64,000 nucleotides of DNA from Phoronis australis (taxonomy: Eukaryota > Animalia > Phoronida). This document shows, piece by piece, positions 12,682-24,723 of the stretch. Numbering within the stretch: the first letter of the stretch is position 1; every line of letters starts with the position of its first letter. A program made the translations under genes and the position numbers. The notes beneath the pieces were generated by a model. That model had not been told where the DNA came from, did no database searches, and was given only the letters and a program-made list of their open reading frames with translations. The DNA lies in the NCBI GenBank assembly GCA_002633005.1, contig NMRA01000349.1:62001-126000 (forward strand), read 5' to 3'.

Positions 12682-12780
12682 TCTCATACACGCACGTGAT
12701 ATATGATCACATTTTTCTGTCAGTGGCTCCGGGGGAAATTCTTTTGACAGTTTCTCTATTCCGCATATAAAACACTTCAT
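12682..12780 (-). CDS. RING-Ubl-TerD-like gene copy A, first coding exon (RING finger N-terminal part)
   Basis: Not in the ORF track. ATG at 12780 (acceptor ttttcag 8 nt upstream); MKCFICGIEKLSKEFPPEPLTEKCDHISRACMR|gtaagt. Splices in phase 0 to complete C-x2-C-x17-C-x-H-x4-C-x2-C-x10-C-x4-C. Confidence 0.8.
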
Positions 12781-13342
12781 ATTGCAGGCTGAAAATAAAC
12801 CATGGTTTAGTACATTCCTGTGCTGTACTCAAAACAAAAATTGCATCGCAAGCAGGTAAAATCTATAACTGCTCGATATTATTTGATGTCACCAACTGAT
12901 GCTGGGTGTTGACGACTTTAATAAGTGTCAGCCATTGTTTTGTAACTTTCACTAGACTGGCCAACGCTTAAACTTATTTGTCCCCTGCTTATATGTAGTT
13001 GTCAAGGTGCTTGACTAAAGCACTTTGGGGTTTAAAAACATTACCACGCTTTTTCAGTCATGAAACTCTGAAACGTATTTCTCGAGTCGCTCATGATTTC
13101 AATGATTTTGTTAGTAAAAAAGTAAATGACCTTATTTGATTTTAGTTTTAGACATCTAATTAACGCGCGAAATGCAGCTTAAAGATGTTTGCCACCTGTT
13201 ACGTCATTGCAGGCCAGTAGCAAGGTAAAATTTCACTCTGGGGGACACATCTAAATGCGACATCTTTAAACTTTACTGCCTGCCAGGTAGGTATCGTTTT
13301 CTTCCCCTTGTCCTCCCAAATTTTGTTCTGTTGCCACCACTT

Positions 13343-13583
13343 CATGCGCGCACCCAGCCTTTAATATGTCAGGCTCGATTTTTTCCGACGACGTGGACCT
13401 TTTACTGACAAAAAAGCCCGAAGTACTAAAAAAAATTTTAAAAAAATAAAACGGGGTAGCACGTCCAGGGCTGTGAATTGTGCGTTTACGCCTTTTCAGT
13501 GGATTTTTGTCTCGTTTTCTCGGACTTTTTGTTTCTCCGAGGCGGACCTTTTTGTCCACTTCGCCAAATGGGGGGACTCTTTT
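13343..13583. mobile_element. MITE copy 2 (CATGCGCGCACCC family), truncated at single-N join
   Basis: Left TIR and internal sequence match 955-1175; ends at n 13584. Confidence 0.75.
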
Positions 13584-16500
13584 NACATAGAAAGTATTTA
13601 CAAAAGCCGAGGCGAGTCGGGAAAGGTAGTTCGATTCACTGCAATGTTCATCGTTCAGTATGTGGTATAAATAGGTTATCACGTATACTCAGCATGCACT
13701 TTCATCCTCGTCAAGTTCGCATCTCTCCAATTTCCACTCTCCACTCTGTCACTGAAGTGTCTGGACTTTGCTTAGACTGTTTGGGCAGCAAGTGATATAG
13801 AGTTTCCGAAACTTCGCCAAAATTCGCTGAAGCATTAATTTCTTAAGTTTTGTAGTTAAAATGCAGGATTTACTACTAAAGAGACTAAAATTCCGCCTTC
13901 CGTCAAGAAATAATTGACTGTTTGTTCTTGCTCAAGATAACGCCTGATAAGTTCGCTTGACACGGCGTGTCATTTTGTGCACCGAGTATGGACTCAAGCA
14001 CTTCCGAACTGGCACTTTTTCCATGACCTAGAAATCATTCTTCACCTAAATGAGGAAGACGAGGGACCGAGCTTTAATCATTGTATAGTAATCGAAATTT
14101 ACTAACTCAAAATTTCGAATTCATGATCATACGGTCATGTGATGTGGCCAACAGGGAGCGTGCAAACTGGACGTAAATGTTTGTAACTCATAATTATTTT
14201 TGTCATTTTCCGTCCTACTTTTCAGTGAACTCAAGATAACTGTTTGTTGTTCTTTGCTCCTGTACATTATGGTTTGCGCATATGAGTTCTAGTCCATGCA
14301 AGTTGGCCCTCAATGACCCCTAGATTCGAGCTCTAAGTTCAAGTAAAAACTGAAAATTTTCGAGTTCACACTCCAACACCCTTTCAAGTAAATCATACTA
14401 TAAGTTACTCGAGTACGGCATGATACACACTTATGCTGAGTTAGCAAATTGCACAAATAATTTCAATTTCGTTTACAAAAATTATACCCCAGGTCCAGTG
14501 GTTTTATAACGGATAATGGTGTAAATCCAAAGTTATCTTTTGAAAACCACGGTTGGGTTTGTTACCGCTCTTGTAAATTTGTGTTTTATATATTTTTAAG
14601 TGATTCCCGAAGTCGCACGCACACAGATGCCAAACGAGCACCCGAAGACAGATGGGCGACGCAGTACCATAGCCCACGGGCCAGGGAGATTTAGACCCTT
14701 CCTTAAAATAATGTTAAAGATTTTGCACTTCACTAAAAAGTCATAGAAACTTATTTACGACTGACAATATTTTGAACTCTTTGAATCTGAAAAAGTCAGA
14801 CAACCAGTGACATGTACTCGGCCATAATCCCATCTCACTGACCGTCTGACCTACACAGAAAGTATTGTACGTAAAACTGTCTTTTCATGCATCGTGTCTT
14901 CCTCATAACCATCTTCAAAATAACTACTGTTCAATTGTAATCCTTTGTCATATAAAACCACAAGAACTGTTGTTTTTCTGCAATTCCTCTTTGGCTCATT
15001 TATGACACTTTGCTTTACGAATACTACGGTGGTGGGAAACTGGGAACAGCAGACCGTCTCAGTCACCACACCTTTTTCGAAGAAATCATTAACGCACAAC
15101 CTATATCCTACAACTAATACTAATAAAAAGCAGGTAAAGGAAGAATACCGAAATGAGCATCTAAAGAAAACGCTAGAAGTTGTATAAATCGAGCTACTTA
15201 CGTTTATCGGCATTGATTCTGTGATAGCAGTGGAACTAAAACATTTGTACTTTACAAACGACAAGGAGAAACTATGTTTTCCGCCCAACCGACGTAGATT
15301 GAACCTGCTGCCTGACTAGCAACATATAGGTCACAAAGACCATAAAGCCACCGTGTTTTGATGCACAAAAGAACACCACGAAAAAATATTCTTTTGTTTT
15401 CAAGATGACTTTTTCTGCATATCTTTTCGCTATTTCGATTTGATCATCGTTTTGAAATTTTATTGAAATAAGCTTAGTATCAATTATTAATGACAGCAAA
15501 TGACGTCATTGTATTGGAGCTTTCGTTACTACATAAGCGAGTAAGCCGCAGACAAGGTGTTCTTTGAAAGCGCTCTACTGCAGTGAAAGGTGTTGCTTTA
15601 TTACATTTAAAATGAAAGAAGTTCTTACAACTTAAATGTTTTTGATAGACAGACTAGGTACAGGAAACCGATAGGTACGTAACAATTACTACTAAGTGTG
15701 ATAAATTTTAGCCCTCAACGTTACACGTGGACAGTGCCTCAGTAGCTGTAGGAAAATGACTGGGTACACGCAGGACGCGGCCACGGAATGTCAATGACAC
15801 TATATACAACCTGTTATGTTGTGTGAGGATCACCTATAGCTATGACTTTTCCTCATAACAGCATCATTAAGGTTCGTGGATTTTCAAGAAGTATTAGGTT
15901 AGTCTACTTTTTCTTTACTGACCTATACTTAGGTCGGTCGATGACGAGCAATACAACTACGGTTAGTTCCTGGCAACAGCCGGTTCGAGGTTTTAGATTA
16001 GCTGGACTCCGCTGGTGAATCTCTTTTTCTTTGTCACCTTCCGTTTCCCTGTGCGTTTCTTATTGTCCTCCCCGAGCTCCCCAACTATATCGTGGAGGCG
16101 TTTAGAGACCAAACTTGTCCTACGCAAGAGACGTACACTATGCCTAAGATAGGTAGAAAACGATCTTCTGACTTTTTGCGTCTAGATTTTTTCAGTTCTA
16201 GTGTACACTCATTAAAAATGTAATTTACTGCGAGTTACGTGTCTTGCGGAGGATGTAGGGAACTCGGTTCATTTCGAAGAAATTATGTGTTGCGTACATG
16301 TATTTATTGATTAGGACACGATAAGCCGTACAGTGCCGTGATTGGTTAATTTTGGGAAGAATTATATCTTGTTTCATCAGTGAGGGGTCACGGGGATTTG
16401 TGATATGTTTGTACAATGTTTTGTTACATTTTAAGTAAATATGATAAAATCCATAGTTTATTACAGTAATAACATTCCTGTCTGATTTTCAACAAAATTA

Positions 16501-17301
16501 TACTATGAACAGTAATTATTTCGAGAACCGAACGTGATTGCCGAGAACCGAGGCTACAAAAAGGAAACTGGCCCAAATTGAAAAAAATGAAACCGTTGCA
16601 GCCCTAATAAATAGCTATGGCAATTTTCGCTCAGACTCGTGGCAAAGATATTTTACTACTATGTGCAACTATTTCTCCTATAGTATCTGTTTTATTTCCA
16701 CGCTTTATTTGACAAGCCTGGAACCTCGTGTGCCGTGTTCAGTCGCTTGTGATACATGAACACGCTCGTTAGTTTCCGTGCGCAATTCTATTTTACTAAT
16801 GTACACAACAACGTCACAAGAAATGGACGAACTTTGTATTGAACGGGATTGGTGGTGAGCCTCATAAAGGAAATTTCGAAGAAATCACGTGACATCTATT
16901 ACGCTTAAAAATGAAAATCTTCAATCAAGTATTTCTTGGAAGAATGTTGCCGAAGAAACACATTACGGTGGCATTATAGATTATGGTGAATATAGTCGTC
17001 GAAAAGGTTGTACCGTTGAAGTGTCAACAAATCCAAGATTTGATTTATACCACTTACCATTACACGAAATTGGTCTATTTTTTTCAAATTGGAGGTTATT
17101 TCAGGTCTTGAAAGAACTGACAATTCGTTTTCCAATTTTGAGTTACACGTGAGTGTCAACAAGGAATAGTTTCTGAATCTAATGAAGCACCCCTTCCTTA
17201 AAAAATTCTGTGGATGATGCTAGTACACGATGACTTAAGTCAAATTTACATTTCAGCTGTGTTAGCATGTAATCAGCGCACGAACAGGAACACAAACTGA
17301 A

Positions 17302-17329
17302 ATGGCGAGTGAACAAGGGGCTCCATTTG
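17302..17329 (+). CDS. RNF213: RNF213-like gene, putative first coding exon (MASEQGAPF)
   Basis: gaaATGG start context, G|gtaagt donor, phase 1 matching the next exon; acceptor tttcag at 17256 implies an upstream 5' UTR exon. Confidence 0.55.
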
Positions 17330-20300
17330 GTAAGTTATTCGAATATGTCAGTTGTTGGTCAACTTTATATGAGGTAAAGCCTACATTGAATTAATTAGCA
17401 AGACCTACTGTATATGTTGAAAATCGATGCTGGTGATTCGAATTTCAAATTTCAAAAAAAATATTTTCCTTGTATTTCCGTAAGTCGTGAAGTCGTGTTT
17501 GCGCAGATTTGAAATCTGATGTTAGATTAGACCATACACTGTACATGCACCGCCAACTCCGTACATTTTCAATGGACGAAATCTGTGATGTTACGCACCA
17601 TGATGTCATTCACTAGCGACACCTGGCAGATATAGCACGTTTTCCTTCCGGCAACTACGTCGTCTGCTCATCATAGTCATTTCGTCAGGATTGGGCGATT
17701 TTGCCCAACTCACACCCGTGTTTCAATAAATTGAACGCTCGGAAAACGTTAACTTTGTTAAGCTTATATTAATACTCCAGAAATAACTACACCAGGCCTA
17801 CTCATTACCAATCTGGCACTTCAACAGAAGTTTACATACTTAACAGCAACTGGACGTTTCATTTTAAGCTCGAATACACTTCGGTGTAATATTGGCAGAC
17901 CTTGAACAGCATTTCAATGCCGAAATAATGTTTTTCGTTGTGTTAGACAGTTAAATAGATGAAAGAGTTTCCCGTCACAGTACACTAACCGGAAGCTGAG
18001 TTTGCTATGTTTAGAGGGTGGCGCTTCCTCTAGGATATTTCGTAAGAAAATGTCGGAGTTGCGAATCTGTTGTCTCTAATGTATGAAAAGACGGAGTAGG
18101 GAGACCGGGGTAAGTCTCCCACTTTTCGGAAAAGCTGCCGTACAGTGGAAGCTGTTAATGCCAGGTTTATTGATATTTGTCAGCTTTACAAATTCTTATT
18201 ATCTGAAATATGGCATTCTTTAAACGATTATACGAAAAATTGTGTAAATGTAATGTCAGTTTAAACCAACGGAGCTCAAAGCGGTGAACTCGACGCGGGC
18301 CGGGACGAGTTTGATCACTACAGCATCCTTTATATAATGGCCATTTTGATATTTACAAGAAAATTTTTAAAGCTGTATTTCCTCCTCTTTAGATGATTAC
18401 AAAAACAAAATCTTATTAGGCCTTTTACTCTCGTAACATTAGTCTATTGTTTGCAACCGTTGAGATGACAACCATTTTTGAATTTTGTGTGTTTTGAAAT
18501 ACTAGCAGTCAGACTTGGCTTTTTATAACTGATTTGTGCAAATATATTGCATTAGTTTTGCTCGGCGTTTGTGTTGTTGAAAAGGCTATTTTGATGTGTG
18601 TGTACACGAGTTACCGTGGCAACTATCTTTGGATTATGCAAATTGTTCTACGTATTGTTATATATCTTTGAAGAAAGGACTATACTAAAGCAAATGGGCA
18701 TTTTAAATGCTTTAAATTTCGTTTTTCTCTGGCGTTCGCAGATTAACTTATTGTTGCAATGCTAGGGATGGCCCCTAAACTGCTTTGAGCATGGCTGCCA
18801 GCTTCTAACATGAGTGCCATCAAGCTTAAAGCTCAGGGTTTCAACAAAGAGTCACTCCAATTACATGTATGGTTGCCTGTTTCTATAATGACTTTCCTCT
18901 CAAACCTGAAATTGATGATTTTAAATGATAAAATATTGGATACTGTGGCAACAGTGCATGTTTCAGCTTGATTTACCTTACTAAGTTGAGCATGGTTGAG
19001 AACTTATAACATGACTTTGCAATAAAACCTGATTTTGGCTGCCTGACCACCGCTTCGCACAAATAACATGAAAGCGTGATGCAAAACCCGTGTAAATACA
19101 TTAAATTTTTAACCTAAAAAGTTATTATAATGCATAATTGCCCAGTTCCAGACACATTCCACCGAGTTTGCTCCCCGGCACATGTTATCGTTTTCGTGTC
19201 TGCCCATTTCCGCTAACCGTTGAAATAATCTTCATGAAAGTTTGCATTTTTATCGTTTTCGTTTCTGTCCGCCCCATCTGAAAATCGTTGTGAGAATCAT
19301 CATGTCCCCCTCAAATTCAGTTCTAACCAGTTTCGTAGTTAACTGGTCTGTGTTACCGATGTCCGCGTTTTCTTCGTATACATGTATAATCAGTGAGAAG
19401 AAAGTGTGACCAAAGTACGTTGTTTCCAAGCATATCCAAGATTTCGCTTCAGCATTTGTTCAGTCTTTGCATTTTTGCCTTCATGTCTCCTTAGAGCGAT
19501 TCCATATCGAACTAAATACTAGAGAAACTCAATGATCAAAGCAAGAGTATAACGGCTTGTGTTTTGCGTTTGTGTCGGTGTCTTGTTAGTTAGTGTAACA
19601 TACTCCTGGTGCAACTTAAAGCGGCATTAACCCCTGGTTTTAGTCATGAAAACGAGCTTTGACTTAACGTTGTAAAATTGGCCTTGTCTTGTTCCTTACT
19701 CAGTTTAGAAGTGATTTCTGGGCTCAGAGAGAACTGACAATTTCTTTTTTCTTCACGGCAAAGTTGCAAAAATTTAGGCCCCAGCTACTAGAATTTTCAT
19801 AAGCTTCGTTTGAAGAAATAACAGAATGCCAGTTCTTTCAAAAACACTAAAATCATTGGCTAAGGAACAACTTTGATCGTAAAGAGAAGTGACCCAAATC
19901 AGAACTCTTATTTTACTGATAACATATTTCCACATTAAGCCGCATCCTTTCCATGAGCTTTTAAGCTTCCCAACCGCCTTCTTCCACTTCCAGGCGTGCG
20001 TGTGAATTAATGCTCGGTCTAAACTCGGTATATGGATAAGGTCCCATTTTGAAAACTGTTGTACGAATATGAAAACGTGCTGTATCATTCTTTTCGTTGC
20101 AGTTCAAACACTGAAATCGATCAATTCAGGTCGTCTAAAATAGTCGCTACAGTGTGCCAAACACTTTTTGAAATTTGAAACTTCAAGGAGTTGTCTTTGT
20201 CTTCAAATAATGCTGCCTGTTTGGAAACTGACATGGATTATAAAGTTCTGGCGTTTTGTTGCCGCTAGAGTCGCCCCGGTATTTCTTTTGTTTTTATCAA

Positions 20301-20480
20301 CATGACGAGTCAAATCAATTCAACGGCCTCCTGAATTTTCTTCCCATTGAGGAACGTCTTTTTGAAATGTCTTTGTTATGTCAAGAAACTGGCGGGATTA
20401 TCTATTTAGTTAAAAAGTTATTGCTTGGGTCCCCATATTAAATAGGAACGCCGTTATGACCATACGTTGCTTCTCTGTGA

Positions 20481-22450
20481 TTTTTATGCCCCCACATTTT
20501 TTATGTGTACTGTAGGAATTATGCCGTCATCGGCGTCCGCTGCTCTATCTCCAAAACGCCTTGACGTAGGCCCCCTATGTTCATCAAATTTTGCACATGT
20601 GTTCCTTCCGTGGATGGGACGGCATGAGCGAGCCTTCGGACGGATCCGACTACCGGTGTGCCCCCTAATGGCAATTTAATTTTTTACGTTTACCTCTGTA
20701 TCTTCAAAAGTCCTGAACGGATTTTCATAAAATTTGGTATATAGGCACCCATTAGTGAGATGACGCTGTCCTCTTGTTTCGGATGGATTAAATGTAGTTT
20801 GCGCCACCTAGTGGCCATTTTTACTGTTTTCGAGTCTGTTATTTTTTGCGTCCACCCTTCTATCAACCAAACCGCTCAAAGGATGATCGTGAAAATTGGC
20901 ATGTATGTTTTTATTACTAAGTGGGCGGCTGACGAGGATTTTTCGACGAGTTCGACTACTGTGGCGCCTCCTAATGGCAGTTTTGTTTTGTTTTTCTTGC
21001 ACTCATGGCTGTAACTCCTAAACCGTTTGCGGGATCTTTACTTAATTTAACGTATGTATTTATATGATGTTGACAACGGACAAAGATGACTTTCGGACGG
21101 ATTTGACTACTGGTGTGCCCCCTAGTGACAACTTTAGTTTTTTACGTTTACCAGTCTGTATCTTCAAAAGTCCTCAACAGATTTTCATAAAATTTTGAAT
21201 GTAGGCATCTATTGGTGAGATTGGTGAGATGACGCTATCATCCTGTTTTTGGATGGAACCAAGGTATTTTGCGCCACCTATTGGCCATTTTTGCTGTGTT
21301 CAAAACTTGTTTTTGGCATCCACCCCTTGATTTACCAAATCATTCTAGGGATGGTTTTAAAAATTGGCCTATATGTTTTCAGTGTGAAGAGGACGTTTGA
21401 TGAGGGGCGAGTGACTACTGTGGCGCCTCCTAGTGGTATCTTTGTTTTGTTTTGTTTTGTTTTGTTTTGTCTTTCGCCCATAGCTGTATCTCCAATGTCC
21501 ACTGCAGGATCTTTTTTAAATTTAGTAAGTGGATTTATATGAAGAAAACAGACGACTTTCAAGCGGATCGAACGAACTCTGTGCCCACAAGTGGCAATTT
21601 CATTTTTTGTTCGGTTTTCCTTTGTTTCTCTGAAGTTCCTTGACAGATGTTGGATGTCTGTCCTGTTGGTGAATCTTCTAACTACACACACTGTATAGCG
21701 ACAGTGCACTTGCTGGTCACCGTCTCTGGTGATGCAACACTAGCAGGCAATTTCTTCTACCCGCGATTCTTCTTGCTGGTCACATTCTCTGGCTGATGAC
21801 GCAACACTTCAGGTAGTATCTTACTACCCACGATGCAAGTGACAAGCTCTTAGTTAACTTCCTGTTCGTTAACCCTTGCCCTTGCCAAGATCCTTTCTAG
21901 AATCATCCACGAGATGGCTCTGTTGTACAATTGCCTCTGTACACCGTAGCAAGTCTTAATGCTTCAACTACTATAGCGCATCTCATTATCTTGCTGATTT
22001 CAGCCCATAATATAACATTCTACTTATTTAGTGATTGGCTAATAAAAATCACATGATCATGTCCACTCATATTATTGGCTGTTACAATTTGTTCTCAGAA
22101 TTTTCAAGAATCTCTAGAGTACTTTGACCCAAGAACCCAAAGTTGTAAACACCATCTAAAAATAGATTTTGGCGTTAAAGTACATGTCAACAAGTCTGAT
22201 CCCATCATTTAAAAGTACATATCCACAAATTTTGGGCAACTTAAAATGGATCTATTCTTACTAATTACTTAATCAATATTTATTGACATATGGCATGTTC
22301 CCGTTTTTGGATGGATTGTACGTTTTTGCGCCATCTAGTGGCCAGTTTTATGATACAAATAAATAACCCTAAAAGCACACCATTTGCGATGCATTCGTGG
22401 GCGCATTTCAACGCTCTGCAAGATGCCAAAAGCAATACCCATGCATTCGC
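20481..22450. mobile_element. Helentron/HINE-like non-autonomous element with internal ~155-bp tandem repeats (intronic)
   Basis: Starts ttttatgcccccac; imperfect inverted match gtgggcgcat near 22397; repeated units containing aaa(t/c)ttgg and gcgccacctagtggc motifs with ~460-bp higher-order periodicity. Confidence 0.5.
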
Positions 22451-22754
22451 AATTGATTTGAACCAATTATGCAGATCATTGGATATGCATATGCTAAACG
22501 GTCGAAGGTAAATCCATGTGCATTCACATTTGTTTCAGGACGATCTGTAGCCTAGCATTTTTAATTTCTACTGTTTTCCCCATCTACCTATGCAAATGAG
22601 GGGTTTAAACTCGTCATTCGAGTGTCTAGTGTGTCCGAAATATCGAGTGAAGTTCTGCAACCCTTTTTCAGGTACATTTTGGTATGCGGAGTTTACTTGC
22701 TGAAATTCATATATGGTTTTATGTTGTGTGCTTCACACTTTGAATTTATTTCAG

Positions 22755-23157
22755 AGTTCCCTCTTCATTTCTGTTTGAGTGTTAAGAAAGGTGGAGGCAA
22801 AGAACGTACTGTTGATTCTCCTGAAAAACTTCGAAAACTGCTTCACTTTCTTGAAAAGAAACGTTCCACTATCAGTGACTTCTTCTCCAAGAACTACGAA
22901 TCTGTTTCTGTACACAAATTTGAGTTAGTTGGCGATGCAATCCACTGCGTCACTCAAGTAGCTACAAAGGCGGGTCTGAAATTGCTATACCAGGCAACTA
23001 ATAATGATTTGTCGTCTAAGCTTACGACAGTGTTGGACGTTCATGGTCTTCAAGATGCCGTGGGTTCTCAGCATGATGAGTCATACATCATAAGCGTGGA
23101 ATTGACAAGGATGTGGTACAAAAAGGGAGAGGAACACTTTGACGATCAATCGGAAAG
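22755..23157 (+). CDS. RNF213: RNF213-like gene exon 2 (possible TRADD-N-like domain)
   Basis: tttcag|AG at 22755 and AG|gtaaaa at 23157; phase 1/2; open 403 nt. Confidence 0.7.
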
Positions 23158-24560
23158 GTAAAAGTGCAGATGTAGCCTAAATTCAACTTTATATGGATAG
23201 GGATCGATTTTTACTGATAAGTTATCCTCCTAAATACAGAGGCTATTTTGCTGAACTAGAACTTAACAGATGTTATTAGTGTCTGCCAAGAGTTGATACA
23301 ACTCAGCTGTTTCCGGTGTTATTGAAATTATTTTAATAATATTTAAAAAGCTAAAATGGATGTTAAAGTAAAACTCAATTGCATAACAAGTTAAAGATAT
23401 TTTGCATTGCAGTAACATGGCATAAACTTTCACTTTTGTTAAGCTGAAGTACAATTACCTGAAGGAAATAACTCGTTATTACCACTACAGTCGTAGCGAG
23501 ACAAAGTAAAACCAACGGAGAAATAACGGAGATATTAAATACCATAACAAATATTTAGTTATTGTTTGCGACTTTCTGGCAGTACGAGAAGATGAAAGCA
23601 TGATTTTTTCAACATAGGTGCAGCTAATGTGTGTGCTTAGATATAATTAATAGCATGCACTGGCACTAATGAATTGGTGACATATTCTGAATTTTCCCGG
23701 TGTTCTTGTGGTGGTTTTCGATCTTAAGTGATGTCTTTAACACCCTGAACGGAATGTATTACCTAGCCTGTTTGACCATTCTAGCACTTCCTAGTGGCCA
23801 CTTTGTTCTCGTCAATAAGGGATTTTGAAGTGTAGTTTGTGGGAAAAGCTTTTCCGGATGATATCACTACAATCGACTGACGGACTTAGATAAAACTTGA
23901 CACACAGGTTTACGGTATCAATTGCCCTGTACCATTTGATTTTCTGATGATTTGACCAATGCGGCATCTGTTAGTGACTATTGAGGAAAGAGCATTTGAG
24001 GACGGTCTCTTCTGAACCTTGATGCATTTTAATAAAACTTGACACAGATCGTGCAATTGCTATGGTATGGTAATTTTGCAATAAAGCGCACTGGATTTAA
24101 GACTCGGTGAAAACAGAAATTGGCCTACAGATAGCGCTCAAGAAGTTTTATGATGGCGCTCCCAAATTTGACACACGTGATCACCCTCACAACTTAGCTG
24201 TAACGGACTAGCATAATTCTTTTCGAGCCTATAACAAATTAGTTTAATTAGGGAAGAGTCTAGCTTTCGGAGAAATTAAGTTTATGTACGATTTTGTTTT
24301 CCCACTTCTTACTAAGATCGTTCCAAAGCTGTATATTCATTAAAGTTTTTAACAAGATTAAAATCATTAGCTTACCATTCGTGATTCATTAATGTCGTTT
24401 CCACATCAATGTTTTACGTTGCTGTGGTCTGATATGACACTTCATTGCCTATAATTCACAAAACTGCAAAAATAATTTTAATGCATGAAAATACAAGTAT
24501 TTGCATCATACAGTTAATGGCAAAGCCGTGTGAATGCAATTCTTTGCCGTTTGTTTCCAG

Positions 24561-24723
24561 TCTGCCGCCTGCTGTGCCAACGAGTAAGGGCCAGACAGGT
24601 GGCATGGGTGCCAAGGGTAACAACAAAGAAGTTGATGGATTAAATACATTGAGTGACATCACATCTGGTCATAGCGCCCGACAGCAATCTGACAAAACTC
24701 CTTCATCAACAATCGACCCTCAG
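24561..24723 (+). CDS. RNF213: RNF213-like gene exon 3 (low-complexity linker)
   Basis: tttccag|T and CAG|gtaact; phase 2/0 matches neighbours. Confidence 0.7.
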
